Below, one piece after another: positions 26,046 to 37,620 of a stretch of DNA of 64,000 bases (its first letter is position 1; every line of letters starts with the position of its first letter). The position numbers and the translations under genes are program-made. The stretch spans positions 22,630,001 to 22,694,000 of the forward strand of contig OZ038379.1 of the NCBI GenBank assembly GCA_964036045.1, in the 5' to 3' direction. A model generated the notes under the pieces. It was not told where the DNA came from and ran no database searches. It saw only the letters and a list, made by a program, of their open reading frames with translations. Source of the DNA: Eutreptiella sp. 'Long Island Sound 2002'. Taxonomy: Eukaryota; Protista; Euglenida.

Positions 26046-28132
26046 CAAAAACTGTCTCACGTGCTCCCAACTCTCAGCAAGTTAGTGTCACGGTCCAATC
26101 ACATGACAAGCACAGGCTGGGCCTCTGGCCCCCTCACACACAACCAAGTCACTTAGCAGCACGTAGGCCGCATTGGTACCCATTGAGGTACACCCAATCC
26201 CCCACTCCTCCCCTGAAGCACACGGTCTTAGTCCAGGTTACTTGGCCAAGGAGTGCCAGCAAACGCAAGGTGACTCGGGTGAAAGATGGTAGCATTAGGG
26301 TGCCTTTTCCTGTCTTGTGGCATACAAACACTGTGGTGTTGACAAAACAAAGGCCATCAGGTGCAGACGATTGTATGGTAGCACATTTGTATCATACCAA
26401 TGATCTTGTGGAACTGCCGGACATTGCTGCATATGCATACCAGGACGTGCATGTGTAGAGCGCTTTGAGACCTGCTTGCGCCCCCCCCCCCCCCAAAGAG
26501 GTATCGTCTTGGAGCCGGGATCCCCCACTCATATCCCCTTCGGACGGGTCATTCCATTTTCTGGCATGACAGTGACAGCGACGGTGACAGTGCGAACACT
26601 GGCGTGAGTGAAGGGGGGGGCTGGGGCAGCAGTGACACGGACAGTGTTATGTGCTCCAAAAAGGGGACGATGCTGTGACCGGCCCGCCGCTCAGGCGTCA
26701 GGCAATGACCACAAGGCATTGAGACGACCAACGGCAGAGCGCATGCACATGCACATGCACATGCACATGCGCATGCATATCCTAGACTTTGAAGAGGCAG
26801 TGCCTGTGTCGCGGGGGCATCCGCTGGCTGGCTTCACTCCCCAAATGAGCCCCAACCAGCGTACTCACGTCAGCTTTATGACCCCCCCCCCCTTTGGGCC
26901 CCATTTTGTACTGTTGCCCAGTTGTACAGATCCCCTGATGTGGTCTTTGGTATCGCAAGTAGTCTCGCTGCTTTGTTCAGGTCGCTTGCCCAACGAAGAA
27001 ACCCCCTCCGTGCCGTGCACAGCATTCTGTTTTTTCGCACCGTGAATTTTGGCGGTGCATTTTTCAATTGGTCCTACTGTGTGCGATATGTGCTGTGTAT
27101 ATGTACCTTGGTTCTTCCTATTTTATGTCAAGGAAGCTGATTGGGGCATGATGGCATTTGTAGCATAACTGCCCCTTGGTTTTCAGAATAGTACACTATG
27201 TCCATCCGGGTGCACCATGCACAGTGTAACGCATAAGCAACACCTTTGTCCAAGCAACACTGGGGTTGGTTCCGTCGATTTCTGGTCATTTACCGTTGCT
27301 TGGACAAAAGGGGGGGACGGGGTAGGGTGCAGCGCGAGGGATGCGTGCCGAGGTGCACAGGGGGATTCATGTTGCAGTATGAAGCTGCCCCTGGAGACCG
27401 AGCAAGCTAAGGCCCCCTGGTCATGTTGTGCGGAGTGAATGGTCTTGGAGCATGTGAAGAATAGACAGACGGGCGCGCAGCCTGATGCCCCCCCCGACCC
27501 CCTCCGGCCCCTATGTCCTCTGCCACACCGCAGGCTGGTTGGAAACCTCTCTGGCTGGTTGGAAACCTCTCTGCTTGTGCATGACTACCAAGAGAGCACA
27601 CACCCTTCGGCCTGCACCCATTCACAGACTGCACTCATTGAGTCGCGCATCCCACACAGGGCGTGTAGCACCATACACACCTGAGAGGGGCAACTCTCGC
27701 CCTCATGCGCTAACCGGCATTTCGCCTATTACCTCCACGCTCCCGCACCACGCTCACCAATGTCACACAGTAGAGCATAGGTCACGTTGCAACCGTGCAT
27801 ATGCACCGGCATCCACATTTGTTTAATGAATGATGTCCAAAGTTTTGATATCCAAAATTTTGCTTCCCGTGGCTGGCCCTTCACTAGGAGGGCGTGGGTG
27901 ATAGGCAGCTTCCTGTGTAGTATTGCAGAAGACAGTGTCCCCTCTCTTTGGGAGGGGTGGCCTGTCTGAGAGATGCCATATGACTCTGGTATTGCACCAT
28001 AATGTAACAAGTCTCCTGTGAGAACTCACCTTTGCAGCCCACGGACTCTGTTCTCTAAAAGAAAAAAAAACGGGTCTATTCGTGCACGTTGGCGTGCTGG
28101 CAACTCGCGCCCTGAAATGTCCTCCGACCACG

Positions 28133-28206
28133 ACTCCGGTCGGTCAAGAGGCAAGAGCGAATGCCCTTGGTGCCCATGGCCCTAGGTTCGAACCCCAGTT
28201 GCTCCC
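28133..28206 (+). other. tRNA-like SINE head of a different family
   Basis: A-box-like CGGTCAAGAGG and B-box GGTTCGAACCC at tRNA spacing; stems degenerate. Confidence 0.45.
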
Positions 28207-28382
28207 TTAACGCCAGAAGTCAAGCACAGTCTTTGAACCCTCCTAAAGACCCCATGGTCAAGGGTTCGGACACACGGTGCCACCAACGGTTTTCGGCACT
28301 CGTTGTGCGCTAGCGTGTCGGCGACCCGAAATGAGTGGAAGTCGGCATTATGCCCCGATATGCCCTCAACCACCGCTGTGTC

Positions 28383-28915
28383 AAGCGTAACTCGCTTATT
28401 TTTTTTCATTTGGCGTAAATCGCTTATTATGCATGCGAAGAATGTAGTTGGCCCGAGGTGACTAGACTCAGGTGGTATCGCTGGCTTGAGCTTCGTAGCC
28501 GGTGGCGCCGGCAGCAATATAGTCATTTTGATACCGCTTGCCAAAGGCCGAAGGGCAAATTGCATTTTTTCTTTGCAGTCATGATGAGTGTGCTACACGT
28601 TATTTCCGCCATCTGCTGGCGATGAGTATAAAAACCACACGGCTCCATTGCTTTACCCGTGCCGGAGGTACCCAACATGTCCGTGGGGGCTATATGCTTC
28701 ACCTCCTCCGGTAGCAAGGGTGGTTGTTGGGTGGTGCTTGTGTGTCCCTGCCTTTTTTTTTTTGGAAAACAGGGTTTTTTTCCCCATACGCGACTTACGC
28801 CAAAAAAAAAAGTTTACGTGACTTACACGAAAAAAAAGCCCATCGAAAAAAACAACGCGACTTGCGCCAAAAAAAAGTTACGCGACTTACGCCAAAAAAA
28901 AAGCGAGTTACGCTT
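28383..28915. mobile_element. MITE-like element with CGACTTACGCC(A)n subterminal repeats
   Basis: Inverted 15-mers AAGCGTAACTCGCTT (28383-28397) and AAGCGAGTTACGCTT (28901-28915); repeated GCGACTTACGCCAAAAAA units at 28790-28900. Confidence 0.6.
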
Positions 28916-29110
28916 ATTTCCACAATCGAGCTACGCTTTCCTCACCACCACCACTGCCCTACAACCGATGTTGGTTGCTCTTGTTGGCTGTCGGTTGCCC
29001 TTCCACCACCCTGTGCTGTGTGCAATGGATCAGAATTGGTTTCCGTTACCACCGGCAACTACCCGAATGAACCTACCCTCCACGCTACTCCCTTCGCCCG
29101 CCCCCCGCAG

Positions 29111-29416
29111 GACCACAGCAAGTTTCTCCGGGGCCACACAGACCCTCTGGTGGTAGAGTGTGGCGCGGCCAGCGGCCACGAAGCTGCCGAGCTGTCGCAC
29201 TTTGCACGCGTGTACTCGTACGAGGCCAACCCCGCGAACATGCCTGGCGTCGAGCGCATCGTGCGGGAGAGGGGGATTTCGTCTCGCGTGCAATTCAAGC
29301 ACGCGGCCTGTGGCAACAAGTCCGGGACCATAGACCTGTACATCCCGCAGGGCACCCGTCACTCACAGACAGCCTCCCTCGCCAGTCAGGAGTGGTGGTC
29401 CGGCAGTAAGGAAAAG
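29111..29416 (+). CDS. FkbM-family methyltransferase, exon 2
   Basis: CCGCAG|GAC acceptor and AAG|GTAC donor, phase 0; SAM-binding-type VVECGAASG, VYSYEANP and FKHAACGNKSG motifs. Confidence 0.9.
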
Positions 29417-31004
29417 GTACCCTCCTGCTACGCCCTCCGAAAACCCGGTTTGCAGCAAAAATCTGATCGTCAGCCGTCGCAGTCGCGCGGCATGGCTCCG
29501 CACAGCAGCCGACGGTGAGCCGGCGTTTCCGGTGGGCCCTATTCTCTTCTTGCGTTGCAGTGGATGTGGGGACAATGCTGGTGAGCCGCAGCACCACACG
29601 ATGGTGTATCGCATGCTGTCCACAGAGCACATGCGGAATGCCGCTGACACATGTCTCAAAGGCTCCTACCGCTCTCACGGCAAAGTGGGAGATCCTCGCC
29701 AAGACAGCTGCAGTGTTGGCTGCAGCTGTCTTGAAGACCTTAAGGGATACGACACTGAGCCCATGAGGTAAGCTCCATAATATGCAATCACCCCCCCCCC
29801 CCCCAATTTGTGAGGTGCAGGATAAGTGGAAACCCTGGGTGTCGGAAATTGGGAAATCGGTACCATGCTGTCGCCCTTCTCTCCCATTCCCCTTTTTTTC
29901 TCCGAATTGTCGCTTTAATTGCAGTTCCCGTCCCACGCTTCTGATCAGGCTATTGCTTAGTTGCCCATCGACCCTACCCTGAGGGGGTGGCTGGGTGGGT
30001 AGAGAGGTGGATGGGTGGGTGACCCCCAAATGTGGCCTTCTTAGCTGAAAGCCAACCCCCCCCCCCCCCCTTGGGGCTGGTGGTCCGCTTTTCTTGGGTG
30101 TTGGTTCTAAAGGCTTTGGCACGAATGTCTTGGAGGGAATATGGGATTTGGGGCTGGCAGAATGCACGAAAATTGCTTTAAGTCTAACTTATGTGTCTCA
30201 TTTCATCAAATGTATCTCGGACATTTGGGTTACTTGAGTTGCATACTGGGCATGTACAGGTTCAAATCCATTGGGTGCAGAGTATTTTTGGAAACACATG
30301 TACTTGTTTCCCACTGTTGTGCAGAAATTGTTTTTTTTTTGTGGACCGTTGCACTATGTCAACACACATTTGTGCCTGTGGTGCTGAAATCAGCAATACA
30401 CCCCAAGTCATGAGGGAACACTTGAATTTTCAAAGGCATCAAGACAGGTTGCAGAAGTTGCAGGTCCCAAATCACAATTTGAGGACTGAGTTTTAGTAGC
30501 CTCCGCTGTAGTAATCGGGTGCCTTGTCCTCTTCATCGGTCACTGTGCCTTCCGCGGCCTCTAGCATCGGAAGAAGAAGACAAGGTTAAAGCGTAATTAT
30601 CCCAAGAGTGATCACCGGGGTTTGCTTGGGTGCTGGTGGCTGTTTGTGTAATGATTGTGATGTTCTTTGCTGGGCAAATTGGCTGGAGTGGAGCCTGGGT
30701 TCCGAATGCTAGGTTTAGGGTGTTGCCTTTGATGGTGTTGAGGAACTCTTTCTGGCCAGCAGCGACATGGTTAGAGCTGGATCCACCCCTATCCAGGCCA
30801 AGTGCTGCATATGTGTGAGTGATCCAGGTGAGGGACAGCGACCCGCTCAAGGACAGGGAGAGGGAGGGGGAGGGGAGACTGCTTTGTCTCAAAACTCTCC
30901 ATTGGGTGGTGGCCGGGTTATGGAGAAACACCCCATCCCTTGGTCTTGGCCCCGGAATATGTCTGCATGCTATTGTGCCCACTGCCATGCATGCGCTCTG
31001 GCAG

Positions 31005-31195
31005 ACGACAGTGCCCATCGTGTCGTTGTCGGATGAAATTCACGAGCACGTCACTCTGCTGAAGCTGGACGTTCAAGGGGCCGAGCCGGACGTCATCGAT
31101 GGTGCACAGCGGCTCATTCGCACGTATGGGGTCGATGTTATTCACATGGAGTTCCAGCCTGTGTTGCAGCTGCGCATGGGGCGTGATCCAACACG
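31005..31195 (+). CDS. FkbM-family methyltransferase, exon 3
   Basis: GGCAG|ACG acceptor and CG|GTACGT donor, phase 2; LLKLDVQGAEPDVIDGA...IHMEF is the classic FkbM signature. Confidence 0.92.
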
Positions 31196-34100
31196 GTACG
31201 TGTTGACTCGAGTGCTCCAGTCCTTCGCACCTGCCTGTGTCCACGTCTCTCTACAGGACCGCTTTTCTCTGGCCCTGACGATAGTCCGTGGCCTGAAATA
31301 CTGCAGCACGACGCCACGGGTTTTCGTGACGAGGGCGATTCCCTCAACAGTGCGGCTTCCGTGGCATGAAACCTAAATCAACCTCAATTGTGGGTACATT
31401 AAGGACCTAGCCACGTTTCAGCACTCCCCACGCTAGCGGACTGTGTGTACTCTGGCTCAGAAAACGTGGTCAGCCGTGCATCTGGCCCTGATCGTGAGCA
31501 TGTCTCCACATGGTCCACATGGACTCCACCACCGCACCCCCCATTCCCCCTGTCCTCAACCAATCCAACTGAATCAAAGTGCACCCCCTGAACCCCTGAC
31601 CCCCCGCCCCCACAAGCAGCGCCGGATATGTAGACCATCCTCCCCCTGGCTATTGCCCCCCATGAAGTGGATCCGGCAGTCCTCTGCGATCGCAGCATCC
31701 ATTCCCAGTGGTTCTCTCCTCCGAGCGCACCGGCCGTTCTGCCGCTGCGCTCGGTGCAGTCCAGCCACTGCCGTCACACACAACCAGCCATAACCCACAG
31801 CAACCTCCCACATGCGCTGGGGCACACAGGGGGCTCCCGGGCCCCTTGGCCTTGTGTTCCTGGTGCCTGCAGGGGCTCAACAGATGACTAAAAGGCGTTG
31901 GGGATGACTGCCCTCTCCCCCTGCTCCGGTGATGCCACACAGAAAAGTGAGTCCCGCGTCATGAGGATGTGCGCTTTTGAATGCCCCCTGCCCCCTGCAC
32001 GGCGCAGGTGTGCCATGTAGTTGGAGGCTGCATGGTGTGCCTTCGTTGTGAAGGGCGTGGCCGACGTCTTTGTTTCACGAAATATCATTGCCCACATGCC
32101 TTGATGGCTGCAGGGGGCCAAATGGCGTGGTGTGGGGGGCAGGGATTGGGCTTGGAGCTTCGCGCTTTCCGGGAGGGCCATCCCGGGGTCACAGGCCGGG
32201 AGGCCGGCGTCTCTGTCATACGAACGGCCCCAAATGCTTAGGAGTCCAGAGTAGGTGCTCTGTTTAAGGCCCTACCCCAAGTGAGGCGGCCAGGGCCCAA
32301 AGTAGGAGCCCACTACATGACACTGTACAACACGCCACCTTCATTGAAACACCGGCCCAAAGTAGGAACCCTATGCAAAGGGCCCGAAGCTGGTGCCCTA
32401 AAAATAGTGCTGCAGTATCCCAAAGTAGGTGCCCCGTGCTGTGCAATGCTGAGAGTAGGTGCTCTGTGCCCCACTCCTTTGTACATTGTAGATTCCTCTC
32501 CTCTGCATCCCTGTTCCCTAGGGGGCGCCCGGGTGGAGGGGGCGCACTAGATTACCCCTACGTGCGTGGGCTGAGAGAAACACTCACATGCGGTGTGTGC
32601 GTTTTTGACCCGTGCGGACACCATTTTCTTTCCCCTTGTGCTTGCTTCTGCACCTCACCACCACCCCCCCCCCCCTGCCCCCGAGGTGAGCCCGTGTGCC
32701 ATGGCTGTGGGATAGGGCACCAAGCCAGATTGCGATGGCTGTGTGGACAATTGCCACAGGTGCGTGGCAGCGGCCTCTTGAAATAGGAATCCCAAAATTA
32801 GAGGACGCATCATGGGAATGGGGACCCCATTGAGGACCGCTGCAAAACACGAAACGAGTTCTTCTTCTTCCTCTTCCTACGGCCCTCCCCTGGCCAGGGG
32901 GTGTGGGCGGCTACAACCACCATTGGTGAGGAGGTAGAGTGGAGGCCTCGGATGTCGTATGCTAACCCGAGGCCACCGCCTCCCTGCCACCCTAAGAATA
33001 CACCAAAATTCCAAAGATGGGCTGTTCAAAACGCATGCGCGGTGGGCGTGCAGTGCAATGTGCGGTGCGTGCGTCTTTCTCTGACAGGGCACACTAAATA
33101 TGACCGCGTTGGATGCCTAGGCTGAGGGGCACTGTAAATATCACCGCCCTACATTTGCCAGAGCTGGTCAGCGTGAGCCCCAATGGGCAACAACGCCTCC
33201 ACACTAGGCTGCCCCCCCCCCCCCCCCAGCACTCCAACCGGCAACTACTCCAAGGGGTGCACAGCATGGGGCAGCATGGGGCACCTGGGCTGGGCTCCAA
33301 ACAGGGTGGGAGTGGGGTGGTGCACCCTACCTATCCCCCTGCGTCCCTAAGGACACCTCAACTACAGGTGACTCGACCGAGACTTAGGGAGACAGAAAGG
33401 GTACCAAAAATTCCTAAGGTTCCGTTAAAGACCCGGTGCCCCCCGGTGTTTCGTGCTGCAGGCACTTACACCCGACACCGTTACCATGCCCTCCCCCAAA
33501 CGGGAAGAACACCCAAGCCCTGTTGTGGGGCTTTGCACCTGGTTTACTCTGCCCCCGGCGACCCTCTAATGTCCCTTTAGCTAGGAACAGAGCTGTGCGG
33601 GTGTGGGGGGCAGGGGTGTGCACACTGATGGGGTATGTGGTGTTGCACAAGGAACCGTCCCCGGTAAGTTGCCCAAACGCGCGGATGGCACTTGCCTCAC
33701 GGGTCTGCAGGGCATCGATTCCTCATGGAGAGTAGACGAGTTGTCAGCATTCAACTCCATGGTTCGGGCGAGGAACCCCCCTGAGGGTCTGGGCTAGCCC
33801 TGCAAATGCAAGAGAGCCGAGTTAGAGGGCGAGGGGGCGTCCGTATTATCCCCCGTGGGAACCCCTGTTTTGGGGGGCTGGGCTCCGACGGGGACCAAAC
33901 TGACGCCTGGGGATAATGTGGGCAACGATGCAGCAACATCAGCGGATGCTTTGTGAAGCAGAGGGGGGGCATAAAGTTAAAGAGCCCTCATGCGCTTATG
34001 GCGGAAATCCTCCCGGAAACAGCATCTTGTGCACAAACGCTTGGAGCAGCAATACACGGGGGTAACACCCGCCAAGAGCCTCGTAGCGGAGGGTCCAAGA

Positions 34101-34894
34101 CCCAGGGCAAAAGCACAAGCTGCTCCGCAGAGCACATGCCACAAATGCGTCCCGTGACATGTGACGGGGGAGCAGTTCACATCCACTTGCATGGGGCGCC
34201 CCCTGGAGACGTGTTTGGTCCGGGATGCGCATCTCGGCCACCCATGCGGCGTGTGTGGGGGCGACCATCCACTGCCCAGGCGCCGAAGTACATGCGGCGC
34301 CCGCCAACAACGTTTGGAATGCGGTGGACAGGCGCTGCTTTTGGCGCACGGTTGCCATCAGCATCGGCCGGTCGAAGCACCCAACACCCGCACGTGTGAG
34401 TGAAACATATGCATCGCCTAGACATCGCTTTTGCTTCCATTCTACACAGAGCGTCGGGAAGGGGCGAGCACGGGTTACCCAGACTTGTCCCGCAGAAACC
34501 GGGAGGGCAGGGGCTGACGCGCGCTCCCAGACAGAGGGGCCTGGGCTGCATGGCCTACCTGTGCAATGCACGCGGGCCCTCGGCTCCTGCAGGATGCTGC
34601 AGCATGCCATCTGCTGCTGCCAGCATCAGTTCTGCTGCACCCATTGACCGCCCGTAGCCCGCTGTCTGCACTGCACCACTGGCCCTTGCACTGCCCACGC
34701 CAACACGACCAGTGGCAGATCGTGGGACGCCATCGACACTGCACCGACCATTGCAGTCGACCGCCGAGGGATGCAGCAGCAGCCTGTTTCCTTCCCCCAC
34801 TTCTCTGCCCCTTGAGCGCAGAAGCGGTCATGCCCAGCTGGCCCTGTTTTCACGCGTTCCGGTATGAAGGGCCCGGGCCGTTACATCTCCTCAG

Positions 34895-35174
34895 GCTTCT
34901 CCAAATGGTGTACAACTTGGGCTACCACTGCTTCGAGTGCCGGTTCATGCGGAGGGCCATCAGTCCGAATCGCGATTTTCACAATTTCACGTACAACAAT
35001 TTCGTGACCAAGTTTGAACCCAAGCTGATGTTGGGCGTTGTCGGGGGTATCACGGACTTGGTGTGCCACAGCATGGCTCAGGGGGTCATGGACGACTGGG
35101 AGGCTAAAGCCCCGTCGTACACTGTTACCCCAAACAACACCAAGAACTACCCCAAGTCTCGGTCTCGCACATGA
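34895..35174 (+). CDS. FkbM-family methyltransferase, last exon
   Basis: CTCCTCAG|G acceptor at phase 2 gives R-LLQMVYNLGYHCFE...ITDLVC; TGA at 35172-74. Confidence 0.8.
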
Positions 35175-35589
35175 GTGGCTTTGGCATAGTCCGCGCCATG
35201 TGGCACGCATGGAACTGTGGCGAGAGCGTTGGCCCGCGGGACCGGGGAGGGCTCAGTCCCACGGAGGCGCAGCTCTGATGCGGGTGGATCCCCCGGAGTA
35301 ACTTACGGAAAGGCCCGGGCCGGGGCCAGTGCGGAAGGGTGGGAATCCTGCAGACGGCAAGTTGTGCCCCAGGAAGATGCGGCTGACCCCCCCCGCGACC
35401 AGACCGAGCCATTGGCGGGGGGATGGGGGGGTGCGACACACTACGAAGCAAAGGCATGGGGTGCCTCTCGAACCGAAGGAAAGGACCAGGTTGGAAAGAG
35501 GGGGTACTGTCAGACCTGGATTATTTTTTTTGGTGTTGCCCCCCCCCCCCCCCCCGTGCCGCCTCTGAAATCGGCCCCCTTCACCCAAG

Positions 35590-35685
35590 TTTTTAGAGGG
35601 GGGGGGAAATAAAATTTACTGATGGACAAATTTCTTTGAGCTGTTTTTTGGTACATACCCTTTTGGGTCCCAGACCCCCCCCCCC
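35590..35685 (+). repeat. Dispersed short repeat, also at 49255-49345
   Basis: Shared ...AAATTTAC...TTTTTGGTACA...CTTTTGGGTCCCAGACCCCCC. Confidence 0.7.
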
Positions 35686-36749
35686 CAACAACAACAACAG
35701 AGTGTTGTGAGTTGCAATCCAGTAGCTCTTGGTAGGTGAACGTGTCCGCCTTCGCTTAGCACAGTTTGCATTTTTCTTTGTGAAATAGCCATCAGCGGTT
35801 TGCAGCGGGCGGTAGTCTACTGTGGGACGTCACCGGATCAACAACCGGCGATTGCTCTGTTCGGCAACTGCAGACCGCTTTTGGCTGCCCACCAGCTGCT
35901 GTCGTTTGGCACCACTGGTTCTCAGTTCCGCACCACCGTCAATCTGCAGCAGGCCATTGCTTGACGGGGTTCCTACCCCAACTCTGAAGGGCGGGGGGGT
36001 CTGAGGCCCTGCAAATAGTTTCTGTCCCTGAAATCAGACTCAAATTTCCAGCCCCTTTAAAAGTATTTTTCTTGCAGTGGTGCTTGTGCTGGGCGCTGAG
36101 TGGATTGAATTCTGTTGAAGACAGTCCCCAGGTCCAGTCCACAGGTGGTGGTGCAGTTTTGTGGGTAAGACTGGAATGCCTGTCGCAATGCTCATAATTG
36201 CAGCATACTGCCCCTGTGTCCCCTGTCGCTGGCGGGCTTCGCATCCAGACATTCCCACACCGTGCAACTTGGAGGGCGCTCTCCACCATTGCTGTGGCAG
36301 GTTTTGACACAGGGCCAGCAGATCCATATCTGATTCACCAAAAGTGTTACGCCCGAGTGCACTGCATGTCCAGGCATTTCGCATCTGGTGTCGCTGGACC
36401 AGAGTTGCATTTGCACGTGGGGTGTTCCGCGGTCCGCGGTGTCCCTTCCCCTCCCTCCTGCGCTGCTGACCCTGTCTGACCCTGTCCGTTCAAGAGGCGG
36501 TCCCTCAAGGAGGACACTCGGGTAGCGGTGGGGACACGCCCACCCAAAACATAGTGGGGGTTGATAAAGCACCTGAAAACCGTTGGGGGTCCCAGAAGGG
36601 GCTCATGAACGGGCATTGATCGTTCAGTGTGAAGTCTGGGGCCGCAGGCGGCGAAAAAGAAGGTGTCGCTGACCACGAGGACACCCTGGATGCGACAGGA
36701 TAAGTGTGCGTAAAGCAGCACCAGTTGGGGTAAGCCGAAAAAGGCTATG

Positions 36750-37620
36750 GCCACTGATTGACTCTTACTGGTAGTAACAGTGCTGTGTCGTAGGCAGCGT
36801 CCCTGGCCGTCACAGCAGCAGCACATTCATTTCACGTCAGACCATGTGCACTGGTGGCCTAAAGGCCTGATAATGACTGTTGCATCTGTAGCAGGTGTGG
36901 TGCAAACCCCTCACATCTTTCCTTGGATTAATCCACATGTCGTCCGATCCGATTGAGCTTTCAGTACATGAGGCGGCAACCAAATGGTGATGGAATTGTC
37001 ATTCCGGTCCTCCTCCTTCACCTCAAAATAATGCACATCTCTCGGGGGCATTCATAACCTGCCAACTTTGTGCGTTTTGGGACGTTTTACACGTTTTGCT
37101 TCAATGTGCAAACATGTCGTCACGTGGGGGGGGGGGGGGGGGGATGTGATTTTTTTGTGAAATCTGCGAGAAACGGCCATTTCAGAAATGTATGGGTTGG
37201 GGGGGGTGGTGGTCACATTTTTCAGCAAAGGGCTACACATTGGACGGTGCACACGAACCATGCACTGCACCGTTGAATCATGTTTATTCTGAATCATCTC
37301 TCGACGCATACCTTGGTGTGGTACACTTTATTTCGTCCAATGCCCCCTTTTGATGGTGCACTTCTGTCGATGTTTGTACTTCACCTTCTGGTCGACATCA
37401 CCGTCAATGCACGTGGCCAAAAAATCCTGCTGTGAAGCCTTGGTGGGGTGTGTCTTTCGATCCTGAAACTGGGCTGCAAAAGCAGTGGCCTCAGCAGCGG
37501 ACAGAATTTGGTGCCCCCTTGTGGGTACATGCAGGTTTTTGTGAACCGGTGGTACCAGGCTTCTTGGCCTGGCCGGCAGGGTGACGGGTCACCTTTGTCC
37601 AGGTTTCACCCCCAGAGCGT
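36750..37620 (-). pseudogene. Highly degenerate DNA-transposase-like fragment (Sola-like, tentative)
   Basis: Minus-strand pieces QQDFLATCI...KYK, KVCVER.F, MPPRDVHYFE...WLPPHVLK and IIRP...SDVK.MCCCCD occur in the order I associate with Sola-type transposase N-termini; many stops and frameshifts. Confidence 0.3.

Noticed and set aside
33090-33175. Possible LRR mini-exon (GTLNMTALD.PRLRGTVNITALHLPELVS)
   Set aside because: It needs a frameshift, has no partner exons and sits inside the FkbM intron; too short to support.
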